NCBI GenBank assembly: GCA_951406725.2
Contig: OX597825.1
Coordinates: 43,338,001-43,402,000 of the forward strand
Origin: Octopus vulgaris
Taxonomy: Eukaryota
DNA: 64,000 bases
Reading direction: 5' to 3'
The notes under the pieces: generated by a model
The model's database searches: none
What the model saw: only the letters and a program-made list of their open reading frames with translations
What the model was told of the DNA's origin: nothing
Shown: positions 1 through 13,285 of the stretch, one piece after another
How positions within the stretch are numbered: position 1 is the first letter of the stretch
Layout of the letters: each line of letters starts with the position of its first letter
Position numbers and translations under genes: made by a program

Positions 1-110
1 GAGATGACCATAATAGGATATCGGACTCACTAGTTAAATTTAAATGTTTAAATGAATCTAACGGCTTTTGTGTGTTTCTTAAATGGATTATAAACACCTT
101 CCACGCTGCA

Positions 111-113
<3 letters not shown>

Positions 114-190
<77 letters not shown>
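114..190. repeat. (TA)n microsatellite (representative of >25 similar tracts in the window)
   Basis: Pure TA run. Similar runs at ~845, 2340, 10160-10340, 18710, 18880, 35210, 35965, 36720, 41700, 44355, 46250, 52145, 52360, 58390 and 59085-59265. Confidence 0.98.
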
Positions 191-193
<3 letters not shown>

Positions 194-423
194 ATCCCTC
201 TCCATATCGCAGTTCACCTATCGCAGTTCACTTATCGTGGTTTATTATTTAAACTTACATCGATTCATTCACGGAGTTGTTTTGCATTTATAATAAAATA
301 AATATATACAAATTATAAAGATAATTAAAAGATATACAGTTCAGTACTGTGCCTACTTCGCAGATTTTCCCCTACCGCGAGGGGTTTTGGAACGTAACGC
401 CCGCGATAGTCGAGGGATTACTG
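189..423. mobile_element. pogo/Tigger-like MITE
   Basis: Left end (t)AGTAATCCCTC..TATCGC and right end GCGATAGTCGAGGGATTACTG are reverse complements. TA on both sides; no coding capacity. Confidence 0.75.
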
Positions 424-840
424 TATATTATTTTAAACAGTTTGCTTCTACTCCATGTGACTTTCAGAAACTTAGCTGTTCCGCGGCAGATTACCGAATG
501 GAGGAGTACAGGAATTACATGATGGTTTCTACAAAGCAGATAACATCGTGTTGTTAGAAGCTAACACAGTCCAAGAAATTCTCCTTTCTAATGCCTTTGC
601 CTCCCTGCAATCTCGATCACATTTTTAACAACATCTGAACCGCCTTGCCCCATAGCAGCCTATTTTCCAGTCCGTCTTCGAATTACTATACTTCTCCATT
701 CGGCGTACGAACCAGATTTTTGCAACAAGCCGGCAAGAGTTTAATTTGTATCGAGCTGAATCAAACTGTATTAAAGAAATCATATAAGCCCTACCGAATA
801 TGTTGAGTGCCTTTTTATTTCGTTTGTTCACTCACTCATG

Positions 841-879
<39 letters not shown>

Positions 880-882
<3 letters not shown>

Positions 883-1626
883 CAGGAACGCAAAATTTTC
901 AAACAGACGATACAAGGAAACAAGGACGAATGATTCGGAGTTTTCTTTCCTCAGTCGAGTTCCAGATTATCTTTGCAATTTCGGCTTGTTATACTCGAGA
1001 TTACTGCAATCAGGCCAGCCCCAAACGACTCTATTATCCTTTCTATTCTTTCAGTTTTTCCTTCTTTCTATCAGCCCTTTCACACTTACATTCTTCATTC
1101 CATTCTTTGTTCTTTCGTTTCTCGCTCTCACATTTTTGGCCTTCTCTTCATGCTCACTTTTTCTCCTCTTTCACTTCACTCTGTCCCTTTCATTTTTTCT
1201 TGCCCCTCCTTAATTCTTCTATCCTTCTGCCTCTACCTCACTCTCTTCTATCCCCACGTGACCGATGTTCGGCCAAGCCTTACCTTTCTTTCTTGGTTCG
1301 ACCAACATCCGTGCAAAATCTATATTCCTCCCTGTGCCTGTCAAATTTAATGTTCCTGCCGTAAGGCTTTACTTCCACACACGCCAGCTTAATTTAATTT
1401 GTTCTTAGTCGAAAGACACATGTTGTTATGTCCTGTTATTAGCATTTGTATTTGTGTAGTATTACACCGTTTTTTTTCGTACACATTCGCTGCTTTCTTC
1501 CAAGGAATCTAATGCTCTTAGCTTAGTTTTTCCTTGGGGCTGGCCAGATTGGAGCAATCTCGAGTATAACCAGCTGAAATTACAAAATTAATCTGGAACT
1601 CGAGGAAAGAAAAGTCCAAATGATTC
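880..1626. mobile_element. Non-autonomous repeat 'family A' with ~95-bp inverted arms, probably PLE-derived
   Basis: 928-1024 (GAATGATTCGGAGTTTTCTTTCC...GGCCAGCCCCAA) is an imperfect reverse complement of 1534-1626. Flanked by (TA)n. Related copies at 15985-16365, 18995-19390 and 36775-37290. Confidence 0.65.
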
Positions 1627-2337
1627 ATGCTTATATATATATATATATATATACATCTGTAATATAGTATGTAACAATTATTCGATTGCCATAATAAAAC
1701 TCCAAGTTTCGGATGTTGCGGCGGAAAACTCCCCCGACATCTCTTCTGTTATTAAGACAAACAAAAGAGCTATTAGAATGACCGTTAAATAAAGGGAAAA
1801 AACCGAAGGAGAGCTAATAAAAAAACGCTCATAGAATTCGCGTAAGCGCGTATGTACAAAAATATGCATGTGCGCACACATCCCCACGTACATGTGCCTA
1901 TATGCATATGTTCACTCACACTCGCGTAAAGCACGTACATGTACACCCACATACACGCCTATATATGCAACCATACACATATATGTACACATATGCAACC
2001 ATACACATAAATGTACACATATACATATCCACACGCACGCACACGCACACACATACACATACGCGCACAACTATATTTATATACACGTGTAAATACGCAT
2101 ATGCTATATATGACTTGCTCGATCACACTCGCATGAAACACATGCACCCCCTACAACTATATGTATACATATATATGCAGCCATACGCATGTACACATAT
2201 ACATACCCGCACACAAGCACACACACACACGTATATATATACCCAGACACGCACAAATATATTCATATACACGTCTATATACGCACATGCACAAAAAATG
2301 CAGGGTTAAAAGTAATATAGAGACAAAATATATGAAA

Positions 2338-2383
<46 letters not shown>

Positions 2384-4164
2384 AGAGAGAGAGAGAGAGA
2401 TAAAATGCTTGTAAGTGGATACAAGAAAAAAGCATGTTCTATCAGTGACCTTGTGGGACCAAAAACGTAACAAATATAAAAAGCAGATTCATAGACAGAA
2501 GCGGAATTACACTATTTTAGACTCCAGTCCCATCACGAACTTACACCGTCCAAGGGACGGTGGGGGTGCCATTTGCTAGTATATATGTTTGTATTTATGT
2601 ATGTATGTTTATGTTTGTGTGTGTGTGTGTGTTTATGAGTGTGTGTATTTTAATTATAATCAATTTGTTTTGATTTTGATTTTTAAACTTCATTTAATTC
2701 AAATTATTTTTACTCTATCTTCCTCATACTTCATCCCATATACATAGATTGGATCCCCCACATACCATATACAACCCTACTGTACACACATGCATGCGCA
2801 GAATATATGCACACATATATACACACACACCCACACACACACGAACACGCATTCATATTCATACACCCTCCCCGCTGTTAACCTGTCCACACCACTTATT
2901 TACACGTATATCACTCACATTAACACAAACCCACATGCACACAGATACTACCATACATTCACATATACTCCAACTATTTTCGCACGCTCCTGCCTTAATT
3001 AAAACGATTTCTTTATCTCTCCCCACTTCCCGTTACTTCAGCCTTGTAACCACACACGTGCATTTCTTGAACTATTTTTTTTCTCTCCGGACCTTCCCTC
3101 TCCCCTCTTTTTGACGGAGAGCCGTGCTCCAAACGTTATACCCTCTTCTTTTTTCCATTTTAAACCAAGCGTTAACTTAATATATTCTCTGTGTACGTCC
3201 TTTCGACTTTAGTTGTTTTGTTGTTATCTTTACTTTCGATTTGTCTACACACATACACACACACTCACACGCACACACACATTGAATCGTATAAAGATAC
3301 TCAAAGTAGAAGCAGTTGAAAGAAAAACAGCAAGCTGATGAAAGTTTCGTCTTACGTTACCGAAAATATATTCAGATCTACTGCATCTTCTAATTATTGG
3401 TGTCTACATGGACATCGAAATAATTCTGGAAGAAACGAAGCTTTGATTAATTAATTCTACAGAAATATGCCTTCATAAATGTAAAAACAAAAAAAAACAA
3501 TAAATAAAAATAAAGTAACAGACTTAATATACGCTGCTCTGAAAACAGCCACCTGCTTCTTTCCTGACACGCAAAATATGGACTAAAATCAGAGCGTACA
3601 AAAAATATAGTAAGTTATTTTGATTATTTATTGAAACATTTTTCTTTCAAATACTTCATGATTCTCCTACACAGACTTCGAAATATATGATCTACTTTCC
3701 ATATAATTATATGTGCTGTATCAGACAAAAATGTTACCATCCCCCCTGGGTAATTGGACCGAATTATTGCTATGACAGTTTTCTACTTCAAGTTGAAGTG
3801 TATCATATGAGGAAGAAGGCGGAGGATTGTTTGTCGTAGATCGAGTAGAAAACGATGACATAGATGAGAAAGAAATGGGAAGGGAGAATACTTCAACAAA
3901 ACACGGTTGAAGAAGGATGTTTGTGAGCGTAACAAGTTATTTTGTAATTTGGGGGAACTGTTTTAAAAAATTGAAAACGATATAGCCGGGATTGGGATAT
4001 ATGATGAAGAGAGAACCACATATATTAAAACTCAACGCGTTGGTTTTGGACACATTTTCAACATCCTTGTAAACTGACGTAATAATTTTGCAGAGATCAT
4101 AAGATCTATAACTGGTACGTCAGCAAAACTTCGATATTTTGAAATAACATTTTACTTTTACATC

Positions 4165-4390
4165 ATTAGGCTGTGGCTAAGATGGAGCAGCGACTTTAGG
4201 AATATTAATCTAACAAATCGACCAGTTATTTTTTTCAAGCCTGATATATATTCTTAGAATAAATATCAGGCCTCTTTCGCCGATAAGCTAAGTTACGAGG
4301 ATATAAACACACTAGCACCAGTCGTCTACCGGTAGTGGGGACAAACACAGGTACAAAGACACATGCGCGCACACACACATACTGCCCGCA
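4165..4390 (-). mobile_element. Decayed 3' part of a tRNA-derived SINE (family of 52402-52829)
   Basis: Reverse complement resembles the 3' half of the SINE at 52402 (...CTAAGTTACGAGGATATAAACACAC...GGGACAAACACAG). Confidence 0.55.
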
Positions 4391-5344
4391 CACACAACTT
4401 CCCTCTATATATTTAGTGAAGCTTTACCTACCGTCGAACGATTTTCAACAAAAATCGATATCTGGTGCCATTATTTCCTATTTATAATTCTACCTTTACG
4501 GTGATATATTTCGCTAGGAATTAACATTATTGTATTGTAATAATATTTATAAGCTCTATTAAACAATTCAATATAGAAAGATGTTATTCACATCATATAG
4601 AAAACATACTATAATAAAACCTTATTGTAAAAATTAATAAAGTACAATAAATAAATCGAACTAAAATTTATTCTATTTAAAAATGTAGTCCCTCGTCAGG
4701 TATAAGATAATAAATAATAAAAAATAGTAATAGAATAAATGTACTTATCTTATACTAATTATCAAATGAATATATATATATAAAAATACATGTATTAACT
4801 ATAAATAATCGAAAAGCATTTAACAATATTTCTTAAAATAAAAATATAACTTATCTTATCGAAGGATTTTCGTTAACTAGAAATTTAAACGTAAAACGTA
4901 GAACTTAGCGTTTATAAGAAATATATCGTGTGAAAATATGGCGTAAATAGAATTTATAGAAGAAATAGATAGAAATGTGTATTTAAGCTATTAAAATTAC
5001 AAATGTATTTTAGCTGTAAGAATAAGGAAAGAAATTTAACTTTAATATACTATTAATTGGAAAAATTGTAAAGTCTAAAGAATGTAAAAATACTAAATAC
5101 CTAAAATACATAGTATAATAAACATAAATTAAGATGAAATTCTATAATTTAATCTATTTTCATTAATTAATTTATTTATTTTATAAACATCTAATTTTCA
5201 ATTTATTCTAATTATGTAATATATATTTTATAATCTCGTGCCAATTTATACACATTTTACTACTACGAATTAAAACTAAAACAAATAGTAACATAAAACA
5301 GGGTTTATATATATACACAAATTAGCTAAACTTATATAAGTAAT

Positions 5345-5765
5345 TTAGTTCATGTCTACATTTAATTTTTCGTTCGTCAAGGATTAATCAAATTTTTATT
5401 ATTAGTTAATAATATCTCCTTAAATTCGTTAGTACATAATAAACAAAAATTATTACCTATTCGATATGATTTTACCTTACAAACTATCTCCCAATTTAAA
5501 TCGTACTTAATATTTTTAGATTTTAGTTCCCATTTATATTTACTAGGGCCAGTAGAATTAAGTAAATTTCTATTCTTCAAAGAATTCATGTACTGAGCCA
5601 CACGTAATTTAATTTTATTAGCAATCGACCCTATGTAAATTGCATTTAAAGTATAACCATTCCTATTATTATCATCAATCAAAGTCACTACACATTTATA
5701 TACTACATCATCGAAATTTCATTTATTAGTTATTTTACATTTAGTTTTATCTCTACACATACACT
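5345..5765 (-). pseudogene. Penelope-like element C-terminal Zn-motif + GIY-YIG endonuclease relic
   Basis: Minus strand reads CMCRDKTKC..VVYKC..YIGS..KLR..NSTGPSKYKWELK..WEI..CLLCTNE..NLINP..KCRH, the typical PLE linker and GIY-YIG layout, with stops and a frameshift. The AT-rich 3' region continues to ~4440. Confidence 0.85.
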
Positions 5766-5769
5766 AAAT

Positions 5770-5800
5770 TATAATATTATTATTGTTATTATTAAAATTA

Positions 5801-5855
<55 letters not shown>

Positions 5856-5856
5856 C
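5770..5856. repeat. (TTA)n microsatellite at the 3' end of a Dong/R4 element
   Basis: TTA run directly abutting the element 3' UTR. Confidence 0.9.
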
Positions 5857-7037
5857 ATTCAGTAGTTTTATTTTTATAACGTGCTTTCACTTCACTACCG
5901 AGCGCAGCTCTGTGTGCCTAGGGTATGTGCTGTGATTTGTTGTGATGCTCTGATGGTTACTGTATTGAACGTGTTGTGCGTAGGATGTGTGCGGTGCCTA
6001 GTAGTGCAATTTTCTGTATGTTATATGTGTTTGTAAGTCCTTGTGTTTTTGTTATGTATTTATCTGAATATCTTTTTATCATGCCTAATTCACCTACTAT
6101 GATAGGAATTGTTTCTGTTTTTAGATTCCACATTCTAGTTACCTCTATTTCCAGGTCTTTGTATTTTTAAAGTTTCTCCATTTCTTTTAGAGAAACGTTG
6201 TCATCTGCTGGTATTGATACATCATTTAGAAAGCATTTTTTTCTTCATGATCTCTGACAACTATATCTGGTCTGTTGGCCTTAATTTCTCTATCTGTGTG
6301 TATTGGCATATCCCAAAGTATGGTTGCTTTCTCGTTCTCTGTGACCTTTTCTGGTGTGTGCCTATACCATCTTTTTTCTGTTGTTATTCCATAATGTTAG
6401 CATAGCTTCCAGTGTATGTAGGTCCCAACTCTGTCGTGTCTGTGAATATATTCCTTCTTAGCCAGGACTGGGCAGCCAGAGATAATATGATTTATTGTTT
6501 CTTGTCCATCTCCACATATTCTGCAGTTACTTGTTATATTTCTTTTCATTACATGTCTTTGGTAATTTCTGGTGGGTAGGTTTTGGTCTTGTGCTACAAT
6601 TAAAAATCACTCTGTTTCGGCTTTGAGTTCTGAGCTGGGATTTTTCTTTGCCTATTTCTTTTGCATTTAGTTTACTCCAGTACTTGCCATGAAGGGGCTT
6701 TTCTTGCCATCGTTATATCATGGTCCGTTGCTGTTCCAGTTTTAGTTTTGATTTCATTTGCTTTATAGCTTTTGTTGAGTTTTCTTCTTCTTCTTTTTCT
6801 TCTTCTTCTTCTTTTTCTTCTTCTTCTTCTTCTTCTTCTTCTTCTTCTTCTTCTTCTTCTTCTTCTTCTTCTTCTTCTTCTTCTTCTTCATATTTGTTAG
6901 GTGATTTAATTTCTTGTTTGTATTTGTCAGCTTCTTTAAATACTGGGAACAATTTTTTGTTTTGCTCGTGTTTTGCCGCTATTTGTATCAGTTTTCCTTG
7001 CTTCTGAAGTAGGTATTTTTGCAGTCCTGTGGTAGCT
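5857..7037 (-). mobile_element. R4/Dong-clade non-LTR retrotransposon, 5'-truncated (CCHC + RLE)
   Basis: Minus strand reads WQEKPLHGKY..AQDQ.LPTRNY..CRICG..ETINHIISGCPVLA..RHD..LWDMPIHTD..ANRPDIVV..IP.DDNV..KYKDL..IPIIVGELG. (TTA)n on both sides. Confidence 0.9.
6781..6889. repeat. (TTC)n expansion inside the Dong element
   Basis: TTC run that reads as poly-Glu on the minus strand. Confidence 0.95.
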
Positions 7038-7064
7038 ATTATTATTATTAATATTATTATTATG

Positions 7065-7100
<36 letters not shown>

Positions 7101-7104
7101 GGAA

Positions 7105-9480
7105 TAATTATAAGATACCTCAGACGAATCTAGAGTACCAAAACTTTTATAACCAGGACAAAAAAGACGGAAACTCGAGAACTGAAATTTCATACAGGTG
7201 ATGAGAATAAAAACATTACAAAAGTACCCTTATCGATTGACGAACTGGTTCGTAAACCAATTTACCTTGGCGGGAGGCTGTTTACAATGTAAAATAGATA
7301 GCATACCACCATTGCAAATCAACATCTGCTGGTTTATGGCGGCAATCTTCTTTGACATAAGAAAGAAAATCAATATTCTCCAAATCCAAAGCCTGCAGAA
7401 AAACATTTCTCGCGCCAGGGTATGGAGTTACAGATTGCAAAAGAATTCCATTAGCACGGAAGCTATTCCGGACCTGATCAAATTAGCAGACGGTAAAACG
7501 TTCATGCTACCGTTGATGGTAAAAGGCAGAAGTGTCATTGTGGGGTTACACTAACCACCTCAAGTCATTTTTGTTTACAGCAAAAAAAAAAGGAAAAGAG
7601 ACCATCAATTCAGCTGACACCATCACCACTACAGTACCACCAAGACTATCATCTGAAACAGCAACAGCACCAGCAGATGCATGTAGCTACAACAGCCCCA
7701 TTAGCAATGGGAATAAAACTAACAGATGCAAAAACATCAGTAAGGGCAGGTACTGCAACAACATTTGCTGCAGTGTCTACAGCATCAATAACATCAGCAT
7801 AAGCAAGTGGAGGCGCAATGGCCCAATGGTTAGGGTAGCGGACTCGCGGTCGGAGGATCGCGGTTTCGATTCCCAGACTGGGCGTTGTGTGTGTTTATTG
7901 AGCGAAAACACCTAAAGCTCCACGATTCTCCGACAGGGAGTGGTGGCGACCCCTGTTGTACTCTTTGGCTCCAACTTTCTCTCACTATTTCTTCCTGTTT
8001 CTTATCTCCGACTTCCTACACAACCGCTGAGCCTGGATGCGTATTCAGCCATCCATCGATGCCCTCGGTGTCGGGGGTTGGCCTGCTTTCTCTTCTGTGG
8101 GTCTTACGAATAGCAAAGGACCACGTTTCGGACTTCTCCCACTGGGACGAAGACCGCTTCGCTCAACAAACAAACAATAATCAGCATCAGCAGTGGGGGC
8201 AGCAGCAATTAACACAACTGATTTCGGACAAATATCAATGGCCACACGACTCACAAACATCACATCAAGAACAGCATCAAAACGAAGAACAGCAACCAGC
8301 ATCAACATCAAGAACAGCAACAGAAATTCAGTCCCAACCACCACCACCACCAAAAAAAAAACAACCATACTGACAAAGCAGCACCCCAAACCAAAACATA
8401 CTCCTCACGACTCACACCTCATTTAGTGAAGTTGACAGGAAGGGCATCAAATTGTATCCAGTAAAAAATGTGAAAAAAGAAAATGAAACAAAAATATACC
8501 AAGACAAAAGATTAGAAGATACGAACAATTTTAAATAATGAAATACACCCCCAATACAACTACACTAATAATATCAACACCATCACTGCTAGCATTACCA
8601 CGGAGTCTAACACAGGCACCTTTGTCACAAACACAATTAAATTTACACACGCACCCGCGAGCACACACAAACACAAACACCAACTGGCAGAACAAGGCAT
8701 TATTAACTTCACAGACATAAATACAAACAATAAAGAAACTAGTGCTTCACATTCAGGAAAATATACATCATGTATGGTAACTATATCGCATTAATCAATA
8801 TCCTTCCATCCCACATAAAAATTATCCAAACTTCATCCCGCACATAAAATATAAAGAAACTGCCCACAAAGTACCGTAGACTTCAGCTTGAATGTAAACA
8901 AGTGATTACATAAAGAAATGACCGTCCAAGTACACATAGCTAGCATGAAGAACGAGACAGCTGTCGCTCTATAGAAATACTACCTCAGATCACTAATATG
9001 GATGTGGTGGTCATTAGCGAGACGAGTTTCCGATTCTCAAGATTTCATGCCTATTTTCGGTGGAAACTCGCTTCAATTACCTACACATCGACCGGGAATG
9101 GGAGGTTGAGTTGCAGTATTGCTTCTTGTCCAAGAAGTTGCTGTGGCGGTCATGGATGTAAACCTCAGCGAATGTATGCCTTCAGAATAGTAGTGGCAAT
9201 GTAGCCGAATTTCTTCACGTGTCTGGAGATTTTTCTAGGAAGGTTCCGATCTTTGGTGCTACGGGATGACTAAAATTCCTTCTTCGATGCACATTCGGAT
9301 TGTGTGGCGCTAGCTGATTGGAGGGGTAATGCAAAAACCTCGCAAACTTGCAAGATTCATCTGACTGGCATTGACTGGATTTCCTGAATATGCCAATGAA
9401 GTCGGGTACAAACTGCATCGCTTCGTGCAGGTCACATCTAAACAGTGTATAGTAACAGTTTCTGTACGCCAATAGATAAG
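7105..9480 (+). mobile_element. Decayed Tx1/L1-like LINE: ORF1 (CCHC knuckle) and start of APE endonuclease
   Basis: PLSIDELVRKPIYLGGR..KIDSIPP..MVKGR-KCH.(C)GYTNHLKSF(C) matches the other ORF1 relics. ~8995-9260 reads MDVVVISET..FRIVVAM*PN..LRDD*N, which is APE-like. Interrupted by a SINE. Confidence 0.6.
7809..8178 (+). mobile_element. tRNA-derived SINE
   Basis: A box TGGCCCAATGG, B box GGTTTCGATTCC, unique body and (CAAA)n-like tail. Confidence 0.85.
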
Positions 9481-9871
9481 GGTAGTATAGGTAGTCAACA
9501 TTTTAAAATCGTCGGTTATGCAGAGAAAAAGGTTCTTAACTTCGTGGATATAAATTTATACCACCAGTTGTTACATAAAAAATACAAAAAATACAACATA
9601 GCACCTAACAGCATCTTAAGATCTTTGAACTTAAGAAAACCGTACAGAAATAACCACAATAAAACTGACACTAACAATAATAAAAGTAAATGTAACTATA
9701 GAAAGAAATATGATAATCATAACAGCAACTTTACACTATACAAGAAACACTGAGGATAGTTTCTACACTAAAAATAATAATATTATAAATAAACGAAATA
9801 GTGATAAGATCCCATTTGCGATGTAGGCTTGAATGTAGATTTCTGTATTTCTTGGAAGTAGATTTCTCTTT

Positions 9872-9957
9872 CTTTTCTGATAAGATGATTACATTATTTT
9901 ACACCGTTTATTCCTTTGGAATAAAACCAATGCTGTCTTCGAAACATATGTCGAAAG
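9872..9957 (+). ncRNA. Degenerate minimal hammerhead ribozyme motif
   Basis: CTTTT-CTGATAA...GTCTTC-GAAAC-ATAT-GTC-GAAAG. Stem I closes (CTTTT/GAAAG) and stem III is the palindromic ACATATGT, but the core CUGAUGA is mutated. Confidence 0.45.
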
Positions 9958-10190
9958 TAAAAGAATTTCAATAACACCTGCGTTCAACTCCATTTATTTA
10001 CTTATACTATACAAATTACTGCACATTAACCCGGAGTTTCTACCTTTGAATAGGTCGTTACATCCTTGTTACTTGCGTGAATTTTGCTACCCTGGTAACT
10101 GTTTATTGAATTGTCCATGTTAACTGTAAACAAAGGATAATTCATTCAACCATTTACATATATGTATATATATGTATATATATATATATA

Positions 10191-10280
<90 letters not shown>

Positions 10281-10299
10281 CGCATATATATATATATAT

Positions 10300-10341
<42 letters not shown>

Positions 10342-10437
10342 GCATATATAAGTAAATATCTGAATGCATTATTGCTGTTAAAAACAGCAATAATGAGGCA
10401 GTTAGCAAGACTTCTACCTTAATAGGTATAATATTAA

Positions 10438-10829
10438 ATATTTGAATAAAAGAAGTCCAAAAATACCGCTTCCCAAAGATGAAGACGAAAGCTTTAAAAA
10501 ACCCCACAAATCCTACGATAAAAACATACACGAGCGACGCAACGAACACTTTAAAAATAGACATACCTTCAGGATGGAATTTGAAGAAAGTTTACATAAC
10601 TCAATATCAATTGATTTCATGCTGTGCATGAGAAAATATGCACAGCATGAAATCAATTGATATTGGGTTATGTAAACTTTCTTCAAATTCCATCCTGAAG
10701 GTATGTCTATTTTTAAAGTGTTCGTTGCGTCGCTCGTGTATGTTTTTATCGTAGGATTTGTGGGGTTTTTTTAAGCTTTCGCATTCATCTTTGGGAAGCG
10801 GTATTCTTACCCTTCTTTTATTTAAATAT
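10438..10829. repeat. Near-perfect palindrome, ~190-bp arms with 8-nt loop
   Basis: ...GCTGTGCAT(10629) GAGAAAAT ATGCACAGC(10638)... pairing continues outward with few mismatches. Confidence 0.95.
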
Positions 10830-11139
10830 ACTTTATATATATATACACACCCAGAACCACGCTAATAGCTTAGGAGTGAAATTTAGGAATTCTCGGTTTT
10901 CTCTAAAGCAACGTTGATAAAAGTGTTTCCAGTTGGTTTGCACACTCATGTGGCTAAATAATTCATTATGTCAATAAATGTTATAATATCATTATGGTTC
11001 TCTGTTAATGTATACTCAATGTATGCTTAGTAAGTACCATTACCCTTCATTTTCGGAAACAATGCCTCTGTATGTTTACATACACATATATACATACATA
11101 CATACATACATACATGCATACATACACGTATTCATGTAG

Positions 11140-11710
11140 CACCTTGGGCTGACCAATGCTTTGTGTGTGGTTTTAGTAGATGGAAACTGAAAGTAGCCCG
11201 TCGCATATGTATAAATATATGTATGTTTGTGTGTCTGTCTTTGTGCCTCCCTCCATCGCTTCACAACCGGTATTGGCTTGTTTATGTCCCCGTTACCTAG
11301 CGTTTCGGTAAAAGACACCGATTGAGTATTAGGATTACAAAGAATAAATCTTGGGTTCGATTTGTTAGACGAAAGGCAGTGCTCCACCACGGCCGCAGTC
11401 AAATGACTGATACAAGTAAAAGAATAAAAGAATATATATATGTGTGTGTGATTGTGTGTGTATGTATATATGTATATGTGTGTGACCTTGTATCTGTGTA
11501 TATGTGTGTGTCCTTGTCTCCCCACCTACGCTTAACAACCGTTGTTGTGTTTATTTCCCGTAACTTAGCGGTTAAGTAAATGAGTCCGATAGAATAAGTA
11601 CCAGGCTTACGAAGAATAAGTCCTGAGTTCGATTTCTTAGACTAAAACCATTAAGGTAGTGCTCCAGCTTAGCCGCAGTCAAATGACCGAAACAAAAAAA
11701 ATAAAAGAAT
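11140..11710 (+). mobile_element. Two 5'-truncated tandem SINE copies (family of 52402)
   Basis: GACCAATGCTTTGTG..GGAAACTGAAAG..; both copies end GCCGCAGTCAAATGAC.GA.ACAA..AAAAGAATA. Confidence 0.8.
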
Positions 11711-11737
11711 ATATATACATATACATATATATATATA

Positions 11738-12612
11738 CTTGGAAAAAGATGCGTGGCGTTCGATCATATATTAATATATGCATATATACACAAACATATA
11801 TGTACATACCTACATATATATGTATATAAACATGCATATATGGGTACAGGACAAAAAAAACGTAGGCAGAATGAGAAATGAGAACATAAAAAACCAAAAA
11901 CAGAAAACAAAAAACAAACAGGGAAGCGATACATACAACATTATGAACAATCCCTTTATCAGTTGTCCCCTGTTTTATCAACTCCGCGTTTAGAATGTAG
12001 GGACAAGACATGACTTCGTTAAAACAGTCCTTCCCGCAGAGCAAATTAAATAAAAGTTGGGATTTTTTGCGGAGGATGAACGTAGTAAAAAAAACAGGAC
12101 AGTGAGAACAAAACACTAAAAACAAACGGTGAGGTCTGTTAAGCCAAGACGATGTGCAGTGATGAACGCTGGGAAAGCGAGCTTTGAGAAGAGACAGATA
12201 AAAGCACTTCCTAGCTTTAGGAAGGAAGTGGAAGAAAGAAAGAATGGCCGTTGGTCACGTGAGAGCAACGAGATAGTCAAGGGGGAAGAGTGAGAGAGAG
12301 GGAACGGTGAAGGGGAAAGAAGAAGAATAGGGAAAGTTTGGGAAAGAAAACAGAAAGGAAGAAAAACAAGAGGAGAGACAGAAAAGCGATAGAATAAGTG
12401 TGCGCATCGTACTTATTAAGATGGCACTTACTTGGAAAAGGATGCGTTGCGTTCGATCATATAACAATATAAATAATATATAAATATTTGCATATATACA
12501 TACATATATATACATACCTACATGCATATGTACATATACATGCATATATGGGTACAGGACATCAAAAAAACGTAGACATAATGAGAAACGAGAACATAAA
12601 AAAACAAAAACA
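11738..12612. mobile_element. Element bounded by ~175-bp direct repeats (pLTR-like, probably PLE-derived)
   Basis: CTTGGAAAA.GATGCGT.GCGTTCGATCATATA...GGGTACAGGAC...GAGAACATAAAAAA occurs at 11738-11910 and again at 12431-12612. Confidence 0.6.
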
Positions 12613-12649
12613 TATAAAGCAAACTATTTTCGGTACAAAATCAAACATA

Positions 12650-13285
12650 CATACACAACGATTATATGTTGCGTATATATTCTCAATGCCACTGGAGTTT
12701 AGTCTTAGTCAAGCAAGGCAATTCACATCAGGTGTCTCTTCGGATCGACTGACATCGATGCTTCGTCATTGTTTTGACAAAGCCTGCTGCAAGCTGTACC
12801 ACCGTTTGTTACTATATGCTAAATGCTTTTAAGAAAACATCTGATGGCATATCCCAATATTTCAAGACACGGAACACATTCAAATATAAATTAGAAGTAG
12901 CTCGACATATTTAAACAAAATCGAACACACATACATAAGGTGTGTGTGTTGTTAGTCGGTTGCGTTTTAGGCGTAAGAGAATATATTCTCAATGCGTCTG
13001 GTGCTAAAAACACCTGAAAGTAAGTCATAGGCAAACGAAACGACTCACACCAGATACCTTTCCGGAGCGACAACCATCGATGTTTCGTCAATGGCGTACT
13101 GAACAAGGTCTGTTGCCAGCTATATCGCCGAATATGACTATATGCTAAATGCTTCAAAAACCATCTACTGGCATGTCCCAACGTCTCATGCCTCGGAAAA
13201 TATTCAAGTATGAATTAGAAGCAGGTCGAGGTATATAAACAAAATTGAACACACATAGACAAGACATGTATTTTGTTAGCTCGTG
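12650..13285. repeat. Diverged tandem dimer, period ~306 bp
   Basis: TATATTCTCAATGC, ACTATATGCTAAATGCTT, TTAGAAG.AG.TCGA and AAACAAAAT.GAACACACATA each recur ~305-325 bp apart. Confidence 0.7.

Noticed and set aside
3108-3145. TTGACGGA-GAGC-cgt-GCTC-CAAACGTTA hammerhead relic
   Set aside because: Stem II is present but the core has several mutations and stem I does not close; at best a fossil.
3335-3375. CTGATGA...GAAA as a hammerhead
   Set aside because: No convincing stem II, stem I or GUH triplet.
4650-4705. Minus-strand CTGACGA..GGACT/AGTTC downstream of the PLE endonuclease
   Set aside because: The position fits a pLTR ribozyme, but GAAA and the cleavage triplet are missing.
7809-7885. 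tRNA genes at SINE heads (also 17590-17657, 33988, 52402)
   Set aside because: A/B boxes are present but there is no complete cloverleaf, and each continues into a repeat body.
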